DNA of 64,000 nucleotides, taken from NCBI GenBank assembly GCA_037447605.1, contig CM074822.1, positions 767,492 through 831,491 on the forward strand, written 5' to 3'. Below, in pieces: positions 32,982-52,980 of this stretch. Below the pieces are notes generated by a model. The model was not told the origin of the DNA and ran no database searches. It was given only the letters and a program-made list of their open reading frames with translations. The translations under genes and the position numbers were made by a program. Every line of letters begins with the position of its first letter. The first letter of the stretch is position 1. This DNA is from Zygnema circumcarinatum SAG 698-1b. Taxonomy: Eukaryota > Plantae > Zygnematophyceae.

Positions 32982-33799
32982 CTTAGGACACTTCGTGATG
33001 GAATTTGTTGGGACAGATGAAGAAGCATCTGACAAAGGGCCTAATGAGAGCTAGTTTGGGATTGATCTCACAATGGCCATGCCATGAAATGTAAAACATG
33101 GACAACAACAACAGCTAGGGAAACAATGGGAACCACGAGGAACCTACCGCTCACCAGGGACCTAGGGACGCAAGGAAAGTGCCATGAGCGGAGCCATGCT
33201 TCTAAGCCCACCAACAACAACACAGGGAGGGAGAGGGGGAGGGAGGCGAGAGGGAGAACCGGGAGGCCATCGGACGGTCACCAACAACCGTGGCGTGTCG
33301 AAGGAGTTTTAGGGTTTTGGCACCAGCAAATTAGGAGATAGAGGTAGGGCAGCCATGGTTTTGGCAAACTCAAGGATCCCTTGTTCAACAAGTGCCAAGA
33401 GCAGTCATGACATGGACATTCTTAAAAAAGAAAAAGCATAGGATTATACGGCTCTTATTCCCAATCAGTTTAGGGTTCTACTTTTTAGGGTTTTCAAGGC
33501 TATAGAGGCCACTGTTTCATGCTTCAAGATGTTCAGCAGAAAGAGACGCTGTTGAGACCGGTCATAACATTCAAAATTTGAAGTGAATTCTGAAGGGGCA
33601 CTGCTTTCATAGGATGCTTTAGGGTCGTTGAGTTTTAGGGGTTTTAGGGTTTTCAGGGTTTTTATCTGGCTGGATCATTGTTTGGTTTCTATGACTAAAG
33701 CAATCAAAGGAAGGAGAGTTGACTTTGATGAAGAATCGAGGATCCAGAGAGATATTGGGAGGTCCAATGTTCGCACTTTTCCATTGGAGAGTATTAAGG

Positions 33800-33919
33800 A
33801 TGAACAGCACGAGTACTGATTTCAAATACCGTACATAAGCCGAAAGCTAAGATAGAGGGACTCATTCTCTATCTCAGCTTTCGCATTGCAGATTTGAAAT
33901 CAGTATTCGTACTGTTCAT
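33800..33919. other. ~120-nt inverted repeat / hairpin
   Basis: atgaacagcacgagtactgatttcaaat pairs with atttgaaatcagtattcgtactgttcat; inner stem cgaaagctaagatagag pairs with ctctatctcagctttcg. Confidence 0.85.
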
Positions 33920-34645
33920 AACTGATCATTTCAAAACAATGCGAGTTAGATTTGATTTTTACGTTCTTTTGCTAAGAATGAGCCCCCCGAATAAGAGGAG
34001 GTTCCCATCCCTGACATCCATCCGCATCGAAAATGCGAATGTCAGCGTACCGGCAATGAAGATTCCGCCATATTCGGTCCAGGTTCAGGCGATTGTGGCA
34101 TTCGAATCAGGGCCAAACGGCCATTTCCAGCGCCCTTTTTGTCAAGGATTAAATAACCCCCCTCCCTCTCCATGTTTCAACTTTCGCAATTTCTTTGGGT
34201 TCAATTACAAACGACTTAACTAATAGTTGAAAAACCGGCTGAGCACAGATCAGTAAAAAACGATTAAGCTTTTCCACGTTCAAACACAGGAAGGCATTCG
34301 TAATAAAACAAAAAAAAGTTCTTTACAAACAAAGGGCTTTGCAGTATACATCCTTTTCCTGGATAAAAAAGAAACTGTAATTCCGTCCGCAGGTACCTAC
34401 CATTAAGCAGCAAGAAACATCGGCAACTACTTCATCAAGAAGTCCTACCAAAGCTTAAAACCCCTCCCCATCGAACAACACTGGAAGATAGGGACCTCAA
34501 AGTGGGCCTACAGGAGGACAAAACTTGGTGGAGAGGACCTGGCCTTGAAGGAGCTCCTCGCCTCCATAGTGAGGGTCTGAACCCTAGGGCTCCCTCCAGG
34601 AGAAATTGGGATTCAAATGGGAAAGGCAATTGGGGATTTACTCTT

Positions 34646-35593
34646 TTACATCTTTCCAATGACTGATGACACCGTTAGTGCGGGCCCCTCTCGTGATTGG
34701 TCGGCTATCCTCTTCAGAGTCTCCTGCTCCTGCTGCGTCAAGGTTCCTGCACAGCATAACGCAGCTTTTGTATTGTCAGTACATAGAGTTAGCCAGCGTG
34801 TTCAAGCCGCCGGCTCCATGATGATGATGCTGATGATGAAGTTATTTTCGTGATAGAATCACACCACATGTGCCATTTAGGATTAATTGCTTCAATTGCT
34901 GTTTCTTCTTGTAGTGGTACTATCCTATCCTTATTATCTTCCTCCTCTTGAGGCCCCTGTTGAAACAGGAATTATTCTGTCGAGACCTTGACCTTTCCGA
35001 TACAGACTATGGAGGCATCAAGGGATGTCCACCCAATTCCTTCTATTGCTCTCCCTGACATATTCTTTCTGCCATCATCAATACATAGCCATTTAAATGA
35101 CTTCTATTTGCAATTAGAAAAGCATTCGCCTCACTTACTAGACCTTCCCTCCCTCCCTCCCTCCCTCCAGTGTGAAGTTTATAATAACCTTCCATTCTGA
35201 AGGAACATTCTACATAAGCCACTCGTTTATTTGCTCAAAGACAGAATGTAAACTTAAGAGAAGGATGAGGAATCAAAACAGAGTCTCAAAGCAAACAGCA
35301 TCAATTGAAATCTCAACCAAACTTAAACTTAAACTTAGTGATGCCTGCATTCAAACCTGTGGGCAGGCTGACAGGGACTGCCATTGAAGTCGAAGGTTCA
35401 GCCGTAGTCGGGAAAGGAGCCGGCATTTCTGCCGGAAGAGCAGAGGCTGCATTTGTGAAGACATTAAGGACGAGGAAGGCCAAAATTGGGGAGAAGTCGA
35501 GGGTGCCTCCAAGGGGAGGGATGATGCCCCGGAACAGGTTCAGATATGGGTCACATATTGTGCTGCAAGAATTCAGAGTCATTTGGTCAGCTA

Positions 35594-35642
<49 letters not shown>

Positions 35643-38417
35643 TCTCTCTCCCTCTCTCTGACTAGTTTTTACATTCGTATCAACCAACGCCCTGTGCGAA
35701 TACTGTAATGCATGCGGCTGTTTGTGGGAACAGCTCACAAATGTGATCTGCTTTGCAGTGCTTTGCAGGACTGAAAATTAGGAGCTGATTATTCGCCAGC
35801 ATCACAGTTTCAACGGTAAGAACAAGCAATAACTCTTGGCACCGGACTGCTTCCACGAATTTTTCGAAGCATTTCTAGCAAAAACGTTTTCTACTTGCCC
35901 CCCCAAAACCATTACTGATTCTCCTTCCATTTTCGAAGCCCTGTCTGATAAGTTCCCCAAATGAATAACACACTCATTGAGCAGAGAGGTTGGGTGTGTT
36001 TGGCACCTAAGGGGGTTGGCAATGAATTGCGGTGGGTTGGGAAACCAAGTAAGAATTAAGCGACCAATAAGCAAAGTGTTGTAGATGTTTAAAACTGCAC
36101 AAAACAAATTGAATATTATGAATGCCCAGAACAGTAAGGCAAATGACAGTAGGACATACTCAGCACAATATGAGAGACTGATAAAGAATTCGTCAACCAA
36201 CACGAGCTCCCCATGAGCAGCAACATGCATATGGGAAGCCTATGGGAAGCCTATGGGAAGCCTATGGGACGCATATGGGAAGGCTATGGGAAGCATAGGG
36301 GAAGGCTATGGGAAGCATAGGGGAAGGCTATGGGAAGCATAGGGGAAGGCTATGGGAAGCATAGGGGAAGGCTATGGGAAGCATAGGGGAAGGCTATGGG
36401 AAGCATAGGGGAAGGCTATGGGAAGCATAGGGGAAGGCTATGGGAAGCATAGGGGAAGCCTATGGGAAGCATGGGAAGGGGAAGCCTATGGGAAGCCTAT
36501 GGGACGCATATAGGCTATGGGAAGCATAGGGGAAGGCTATGGGAAGCATAGGGGAAGGCTATGGGAAGCATAGGGGAAGGCTATGGGAAGCCTATGGGAA
36601 GCCTATAGGAAGCATAGGGGAGCCCTATGGGAAGCCTATGGGAAGCCTATAGGAAGCATAGGGGAGCCCTATGGGAAGCCTATGGGAAGCCTATAGGAAG
36701 CATAGGGGAGCCCTATGGGAAGCCTATGGGAAGCCTATAGGAAGCATAGGGGAGCCCTATGGGAAGCCTATGGGAAGCCTATAGGAAGCATAGGGGAGCC
36801 CTATGGGAAGCTTATGGGACGCATATGGGACGCTCACATTGAAAGACGCTTGTAGTCACTACTGCTTCAGCAACAGAGTCTCCCGGTAGAATTGCAGCAA
36901 GATTGAGCGATCGGAGAGGGTGCACAGGCCGACGTGGAGGAACTGGAAGGATGTCCTATTGAAACAATAGTAACAGTCTTTGTAAACAACAGGATAGTCA
37001 TGCATTCAACTATCAAGTATGAGCTTAGAATTCTGCATTTCTCAGCACATTAAGACCTCAGTATAAATTACATCTCTCGTCTTTTAAATGTAAATGCAGC
37101 AACGTATGGATTTTCCTCTGCAAAGCTGCTCTTGCTGATAAAGCAAAGCACTTACAACTAGAAATTAGCAAAGAGTACTAACAGACGGAAATATTGCCCA
37201 TGCCAATCCTGGTACAGTCACAGCTTGAAGCTATGTGAAACCCGCTACAGACTCAGATTATGAGCTGGCAATAAATAAATAGAGTGCAAATTCAATAAAA
37301 TGAACAACGGAAAATTTTAATCATTGCCAATATCGCTGCACCCATTTTTTACCATATCTAATGCTTCTGATTATATGCGAAGTAGATATATGAACTCCTG
37401 AGTCTCAATTTATGCATGTATCAAGCTTTCTGGCTCTTAAACAAGTAAAAAATGAAAAAAAAAAAAACAGACTGCCACTCGAACAAACGCTTGGAATGAA
37501 GCCAAGGGATGCAAAAAAATAATCCGGTCGACACGCAGAAAAAGAAAAGGTCTTTATAGTGAATTGGATGTACTTTTAACTAAAAAAACTTATTTTTCTG
37601 GACAACAGGGAGATGAATCCGAACATCATTCCTTTAGAAGAGACCAAACGTATGAGAGAAACAGAATAGCAGACCCTAGTTTGCCCGTTTGAAGTTCTAT
37701 GAAGAAATTTTTCAATCGCCGCAAGGCGACTATGCCACGAATAAGATTCCCCCATTTTACTTGATTAGAGCGCAGTGGTGGGCTTCTACCAGTGGGTTTA
37801 CCGCCATTCGATTAAAATAAAAATCAATGCAAGCTCAGTTCCAGACGGAGAGAGAGAGAGAGAGAGGGAGAGAGAGAGAGACGTTGAACATTACCATGCA
37901 TGTGGCTCGAAAAAAAGAGAGAAAAACTGAAATAAAAGACCAGCATAGCCAGATAAATGCGACAGATGAAAGACGATAGATTCACGCCCTCGTGAAGAAC
38001 GCACACATGAAAGGCATCAAACTGCTTCTCTTTGAGCAGGCACACATTAAAGAATAGGTATCTGTTTACCCTGAGATTCGGAATCTGCACTTCAGCATTC
38101 AGAAGAGCAGAAACGATGCCTTCTGCTTCATCCAGAGTCCTCTCCACGGCTGCCTTCACTTCATCAGCCCTCTGCTGAACTGCCTGATGCCAGCGACGCA
38201 ATCCATGGCGGAGCTCCCTCTTTACTCCCTCCACATACCCTGCCTCCTTCCTCGGCCTGCAGTGCCAAGCCATGGGCGAGAAGGCAAGGGAGGCACTGAG
38301 AGATAGGGAGGACGGCTCCATGGCTGCGCTCCTCGGCAGAGCAGAGGCCACGGCAAGAGCTGTACTGTACAGCGCCTCGTCTCCATCATTGCCGACCTTG
38401 TAAGGCAGACAGTCCAT
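34646..38417 (-). CDS. YLMG2: YGGT/YlmG family chloroplast membrane protein (YLMG2-like); start codon and last exon less certain
   Basis: Exons ~38070-38417, ~36838-36955 (AAILPGDSVA), ~36007-36094 (LNIYNTLLIGRLILTWFPNPP), ~35358-35563 (ICDPYLNLFRGIIPPLGGTLDFSPILAFLVLN) and a phase-compatible terminal exon 34646-34746. Confidence 0.9.
36229..36833. repeat. Intronic G-rich minisatellite (TATGGGAAGCC/CATAGGGGAAGG units with higher-order repeats)
   Basis: Visible directly inside a YLMG2 intron. Confidence 0.97.
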
Positions 38418-39574
38418 GGCTGCCTTAGAGGTGCTGTAAGGAGAGAGAGAGAGAGAGAGACACTCGCGGTGGAGAAGCGAGAGCTTCTCTTGCAGAAAGC
38501 TGTGCGAACAAGAGGCGAGCACAGCCAATAGTAGTACGCCACGTTTCCGTTAGGAGCTACGTGGCGACTTCCCATTGGATGATGTCCGACCTAAAAGTAG
38601 ATTGGACCAATCACGTCATGCCACGTCAACAATTAGTACACGTGGCAAGTCCTCATTGGGTCCCCCCAAAAAAGGAGCCCTGAGGAGAGCTCTCTGCGTC
38701 CCCCTTTGCCTGAAATTCTCAGCCAAGGACAAACCCTTCTAACCCTAACTAAAGGTCCATGTGAGTTTTGTGCCGAAATTCGTCATTGAACCACATTTCA
38801 ATAATGGAACGGGATTGCAAATATCCTCATTCACTGCGATCGGGATCCCGCTTTCGTCGTCATGGCCGTGTGCAGTGTGAACGATGGGCGCCCTCGCGCG
38901 TGCGCCAGCTCCGGCTGCCGCCCATTTGGGACCACTTGGTGGCCCCTTTACTCCTAAGGCCTGCAGGAGGGGGAGGGGGAGGGGGAAAGGGGGAGGGAGA
39001 AGGGAGAGGGAGAGGGAGAGGGAGGGAGACGGGAGAGGGAGAGGGAGGGAGACGGGAGAGGGAGAGGGAGAGGGAGGGAGACGGGAGAGGGAGAGGGAGA
39101 GGGAGGGAGACGGGAGAGGGAGAGGAGGGATAGGGAGGGGGAGGGGGAGAGGGAGGGCATCGAAGAGAGTATATTGAAAAAGATTGGCAAGGAAGAGAGC
39201 ATATTCTTATAGAGAAAGCAGAGAGAGAGAGGGAGTATATTGATAAGGAGTGCAGCGAGTGAGGGAGAGAATTTCCATAGAAAAAGTAGAGAGAGAGAGT
39301 GGGAGTATATTGATAAAGAGCGCAGAGAGAGTGTATATTCATAGTTAAATTAGAGAGAGAGAGCGAGTAAAGATTCAGAAGGAGAGGGAGAGCGGTGAAC
39401 GGCTGACAACGGGCAGCCATAGCCACCCTCTCTCAGCACCTCCTTTAAGTAAACCTACAGGGCTCCGAAGATAAGATATTTTAAGGCTTTTAAGGTTGCC
39501 GGTTCCTGCTCGTTCATCTCCTCTCCTCTCCTCTCCTTTCCTCTTCTCTCCTCTCTTCTCTCCGGCTCTCTCCT

Positions 39575-39647
<73 letters not shown>

Positions 39648-39703
39648 GCTGCACCCACCTCTCTTTCTGATACTCAATTCCCAGCTGCTTCAGCTGTTGG
39701 AAG

Positions 39704-46805
<7,102 letters not shown>

Positions 46806-48390
46806 GAATTGGGGAACAATTGGAATTTATAAAAAAAAAAAAAAAAATGGTGCAAGCAAGAGCTTGCTGTTTGTTGCGGAAGTGTTGGACTTTTTCTTTC
46901 TTAAAATGGTTTTGTACTGTAATCAAAGTGATGATGTGAATGTAAGCGGGGGCAGGGTCAGCTTGGAAACGTTTTCATACATTTGAAATTCGAAATATGT
47001 AGGTTAATCTGTAGGTGAAAATCCGTATCTTCGGGGGTCAAACGTCATGACCTTCACCTGGCGAATCCGTCACGACACAAAAATAAAAATAGGGAAATCC
47101 TGCAAATCTTTAAGTTTTAACCCTGACCTGTTCCTGGTTTTCAACTGTCAAATTCGGCCGAAATTTCGAATGGTTGACGGCCATGTCTCTTTCATTTCAC
47201 TTGCCGCATTTCATTATTTTTTTGCTTTTTATCATTTAAATACCATTGACTTCAATATTGTGTCCGGTGATCTTAGCTGCAAACAACGGCAGAGCATATA
47301 TTGCGACCAACGCAGCCGCCCTGTGATCAAGCCTGAACACTCAAGCTATTGAGCTCAATCAAGGGGCTGATCTACATATACAAGTTGGGGGGGCTTAGTC
47401 CCCCCTCATATTTCAAATCTCAACTTCTAATTTTAGTTTAACTATGTGCGTACTTTTATTTTGTAAATTTACAAAATAATTCTCGCTTTATCGACGACCT
47501 CAGGACAAGAGGGGCCAGAGAAAAAAAATAAAAACACATTGAATGTGGGATTGTTCTGTGACTAGTTTGTTCCGCATTCAAGAATTTATTTCAACCTGAG
47601 CAAAAGGGTTATGAATGTGAAATTGAAAGCCCAATCGTTCATGCAGCGCAAAAAAAAAGGTACGAGTTTCATGTTATCCCTCCCGTTTTTTTCCCTTGAA
47701 AACGGTTGGAACTACCAATTATCTGAAGAGGCGGCCGGTTGGACTGGAAAGGGAACAAAGTTCAAAAAGTAACAAGGAAAAATTGAAAATCTATGAAGGG
47801 TCACATCACGGATTGAAAGGACATGGGATACTTGCAGGTTGCCTTCGCACTGGCTCCTGACTCATAGGATCCCGCCTAAAATAAGCACTGGCTAAAACAA
47901 TGCAGAGTGCTTGCCTCTGAAAATGGAATTGGGCCCTACTGCAGGAGGAAGAGTGATAGTGGGAAAGGAGATGGGGGGTGGGGGAGTAGGGAGGGGGGAG
48001 GGCAGAGAGCAAGTGATAGGAGATGGAGAAGTGAGAGAGGGAGAATGGATAGGTAGGAGATGTTGAAGGGAGAACGGGAGAGGGAGAGAATAAGGAGGGA
48101 GAGATGGGAAAGCAAACCCTACAACACCCTGCGGCATTGCCAAGTTGTCATTACCCCGGTGACAAAGTGAGAGGAGAGATAAGTAGACACAGTCCATTAA
48201 GAAAGGGAGTATGCCTCCGTCCTTGGGTCGACCTAGTCGTGTTGCACCGTCTTCAGCTTCCCCATTGCGAGACAGGATAGTCAAAAGAGGAAGCGCTTAC
48301 ATTCGACTGGTTCCGGACATCGGTTGCCAGTCGTTCAATAGTTGTTCAATACACGTGTGAAAAAATGATGCCGTATCAGTTCACTATGGT

Positions 48391-51300
48391 CTACCTGTTT
48401 CCTGTATCTGCTTCTTGCCTAGAGTCGGAAGGAGGGAGCTTCTCTATAGAGGGAGGTTGAGAGGGGAGCTGCCTGTGAGTGAACCCTATAACCATGGCAG
48501 TCATGTCATCCACATAGCTTCCATGATCAAAGCCCTGCCATCGGGCCCGGGCTGTCTGCATAAGCTTCTTGCATCCTGCTTCAGTGGAGGAAGAGAGACC
48601 CACAATCTCCACCGCTTCTTCGCTGGATATCCACTCCCATATGCCATCACTAGCTAATATAAGAAACTTGTCAGACTCCTGCAGCTCGTGGGAACTCACC
48701 TGTGGATTCCCAACGTGGACCTCCTTCAGTTTTTGGGTCAACAATTTACAGGTGTGGGGTTTAACATAGATTAGAATGAGAATGAAAATGACAGAAGAAC
48801 GTATGAGAATGAGAATGAGAAAAAGTCTAATCTGCATCAAACCATTTGAAAGGGCGCTCTGCGCGCGCGCTCGCAGTCTCATCATCTTTTCTTTTCTTTT
48901 TCTAACTCGAAAGTATGAGAATGCGAGGACAAAGAATGAGAATGAGGATGCAATTGACGTAACGATGAGTGCGTACAAGTACTACGCGGTCCGATTTGCG
49001 CAGTTTCTATACCAGATATAATCAGACATATTTGAAGTCAATTGAAGCTAAGTAACTCCGCAATACCCTTTCTGTCGAAGAAAGAAACGTAAGAAAGCAT
49101 AAAGCATAAGAGAGAAATCATAAGATTTTATCATTTTATTTTATCGGAAGCATACGATTTTATCATGTTCGGTATAATCAGGGAATTATGAGCAAACCCT
49201 TTAGCTAGGTCTCTACAAACCCTGAAACAAGAGCATCTGTTGCACTACACTTAGCGAGCCGGTTCGAAAGGAATCCGAACACACACCTCCGGATGAGAAA
49301 TGACCCCCACTGAGTGCGCTAAGCAGTCTCCTAAACTCCGGCTCATTGCCAAGCCAAGAAAAGGTGACTCCCGTAGCCACACTCGATATGGACCTACCTC
49401 CTCCCCGTGCTGATCCAATAATCTGCAACCAAGTACAGATTCACAAACATTCACTTCGCCAGAAAAGATAGCACGAAACTCCCCAAGAGCCAAGTCATCG
49501 TTTAATCTTCCCTTCAACGGGCATTCAACGAGAACCCACTTTAGATAAAAACCACAGGGAGCGTGAGAGAGAGATCAATAAAGAGAGGGAGGGAAGGGAG
49601 GGGGGGGAGGGAGAGATAGTGAGGGAGGGAAGGAGGGAAGTGAGCGGGAGGGAGCGATAGAGAGAAATAGAGAGAAGGGGAGGAATATTGAGAGAGAAAT
49701 TAAGAGATAGTGGGAAGGGAGGGGGAGGTAGGCTCTCGGGATCATCTGAATCCATTCCAACCAGGAATACTAAAGTAGATAAAGGATAAAGGCTCACCTA
49801 TCCACCCGTCCATCGTTTTCCATAATCCTTTGCTTCTCCCCTGCATTATCAGGTTTGTGGTCAACCGTCAACGGTACTGCCTCCAAGGTTGTGCCTGCAT
49901 GAGTCAACACCAACGTGATCAAAGTTAGAAAGCAAAGACAAAAAGAAAGGAAAATAGTGCTAAACAGTCAGACAAATTAAATAAAATTACTAATCTATTA
50001 TCTATCGGTAATCATTGTCAGCATCAATTGTCACCATTCCATGTTTCAAGAGCTCACGAGAACTTAACTGCTGAGAAGCAACAGCAATATGCCAGCTATG
50101 AATTGTCAATCATATATCCTTAAATTTGCACAGTAACTTGAACAATAGATTCAACCCCGAGTATATGAATCAGCAAACATTATGTTACACTAAGCTTACC
50201 ATCCGGCCGTAAACAGGCAAGTACGGCTCTTGAATCTCCAGCCCAAGCAACAGTAAGCATTCGGCCAAAAATTTGAGCAACTACAGCAGTAGTGCCACTT
50301 ACAGAGCATTCCACTGCAAGAACAGTCAAAAGTAAGTCCTGCAGTTAGTAGACATAGAACTTATGTTCAGCAAAAAAGCATTTACAATCAAGAAACTAAC
50401 ATACTCAATTGTGGGGTTCATTCCAAATGCAGTTTGAACCCTTTGTTCGTCCATTAAGAGAAATGTAAGTCAAAAGGGTGCTCGGAATTCAACTGCACTT
50501 ACCATCTGGTTCAAGATTTTGGTCTACTAGCGAGAATGCAGATGCAAATGCATCACCCGGGCAAGTAAGCAGGTTTGGCTGTTTCATTAGCCAGGTAGGC
50601 AAATGTTCCTGAAGAAGCAGAAAGGTTCCCACCTAACCAGGTTACAGAATGTCATTTTGCCAACAACAAAGCATCAAAATAGTCGGAATGAGGAAAAGTC
50701 CACCAGGACATCCTTCACAACCAAGTTCGCATGCGACTTTTTTGAACGGACAAAGGAATCCCAAACTTGAGCTTCTCAGGTCTTCATTTTCACACAAATG
50801 GAAGGACTATGCCAGAAAGTGAGGGGAGCAAAAGACAAACCTTGACATACAAAGCCACTTCTTGTCCGTTTGGGCCATGGCCATCAAACACTCCAAAAAG
50901 TAAGCACCTGCAGTTAAAGCACCTGTTAGTCACTCAAAGATTCTCTTAATTTTTTAAACACGTCAACGGACTTGAATACAAATAGCCACGTTAAAAAGAG
51001 TTTGATCTCAACGACCACCACAAACGCTGACTTGGTTGGAAACATAAACATCTTGAGCAGGCAAACTATCCCTCCGGTGAGAATATTTACTACCCTGTCG
51101 GGTAATTGCAACAATGCCATTCTAAATTACCAGCTAAATAGCATGAAACTCACTTGCGATCATCCGATCTCATGAAGCAGTAGGCATCTTGATTAAGCTT
51201 TCGCAGACCGTTTTTGCGTCCGGGCCGTGTTTGGCACGCTACACGACAAACAACAGGCTCGTCTGGAAGAGGACCTGACGGCTGAAACAAACAAAGGATG

Positions 51301-52641
51301 GTTTTAGTACTAACTCTAATCTGTCTGATCTACTAAGAAGGGTATATACCAAAATTCTCCACCCTAGCCTAACAAAAGACTGCCATCAATATCCTAACTG
51401 GGTCCAAGGTTTAGAGGGCATGGACAAGCCTTAACAATTGTTGACACCATTCTAGCGGAATTGCAATACAAATGCACTATCAACATACCGGACTTCTGCT
51501 CCCTTCATGTTCGACTCTGATGCGATCGCCACCCTCATTGCCAACTGCTTTCCGTCCCCCTCCTCCCAGATTCAAGACAGCAGATGGTAACTTGCGCAGT
51601 TTTGGCTGTCCACCTGCCGTTTCCCTCAAATCTGCTCGAGGAGATCTTCTAAAATCTCCACTACTAGTACGCTTCAATTCACCACTTGCAGCTCTCCTTA
51701 ATTCCCCTCCTCCCAGTCCTCCCCCAATATCTCGAGTAGGTCTCCAGCCCATCTCTGCACGTGGGCTGCAAGCATCTCCTTTGCCCCCATCTCCCCCTCC
51801 CGTTCTCAAAGACTTCCTCGGCAGATCAACCCCAGAATGCTCTGAAACACTCGTCTGTCGTTTCTGATGATTGCGGTCCAACAGCGATGAATCTGTAAAT
51901 CTTGGGCTTCCAGATAAACCCATTTGCATACCAACCCCCTTACTTGGCCAGAATCCTGCTTCTGCAGGCCCCCCTGGATTTTCGTTTCCAAGTTCTGAAC
52001 ATCCTCCTGAGCGTGAAGATATTGGGAAACCTTGGGTGAAGAGATTCAGGGTCGCGGTGGTAAGACCCTTCCGCTCCTGAAGAAAAAAGCCTCCTTGCCA
52101 ATACAATCAGTAAAAATACATGCAGGGCTCGTTCACAATCTACTTTCCAGAGAAAAACTCGTATTCACAGGATGGTGACGTAAGAATTGCTGAGATAAAA
52201 CAGAACATAGAAAATCGGAAACATCTGCAGCTCCTATAGGTCGAGATTCACAGTAAACACACCGCAAAAAGCCACACAACAGCCACACCTCAAATTAACA
52301 AATTCCATTGCTGCAAAGAAACAGCAGTTATGCATCTTTCTGAGCAGCAACGTCTGCAGTAAGACAAGACTGCTTGCTGTTTTCCTTTCTTCGTGAAGGT
52401 TATTCTTAAAAATTATAACCATTGTTTGCTTCAGTGAAAACTTCAGTGAATCGCCGAATCACGAAATTTCTCAACGCTATGTGCCATTGACTTATCGTAC
52501 CTTGTCTTGCTGGTCAGAATCTTGCAGAGACATGCAGCGCAAAGGCAGAGGCTCGGGTGCACTTGTGTCCCGCAATTGCTCAAAATTATAATCGACGGGT
52601 GCAGCTGGCACCTTCAGATTTAACTTTTTAAACGTCCCCTC
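48391..52641 (-). CDS. Protein phosphatase 2C (PPM family) with a low-complexity N-terminal region; 5' end uncertain (possibly up to ~53720)
   Basis: Exons encode KLNQDAY, FGVFDGHG, SGTTAVV...WAGDSRAVL, LTVDHKPD..EKQRI, GLAMSRSLGD, FLILASDGIWE and YVDDMT, the canonical PP2C motifs, with consistent phases. Confidence 0.92.
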
Positions 52642-52791
52642 CTGACAACCCAGCAGCAGATTGACGTGCGTTTTCGTGTCTAATCAAAATGTAGAACAGA
52701 AGATGCAGCGGAAGACGAGCAACCAGGAAAAGTAATCGGCACGAGAGCCGTAATCAGAGCAGCAGAAGCATCGACAACAGACGCAGAGGAA

Positions 52792-52980
52792 ATTGTAATG
52801 AAGATAAAGATGATGTGACGATTGCCATGAAGATGAAGATGATGTTATGATTGTTATGAAAATGAAAATAACGCTATGATTGTCATGGAGATGAAGATGG
52901 GGTTATGATTGTAATGAAGATGACGAAGCTATTATGATTGTAATGATGATAAAGTTGATATCATAATTGTAATGAAGGTG
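52792..52980. repeat. Degenerate 29-bp minisatellite, about 6.5 copies
   Basis: attgtaatgaagatgaagatgatgttatg-like units at 52792, 52821, 52850 and onward. Confidence 0.85.
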
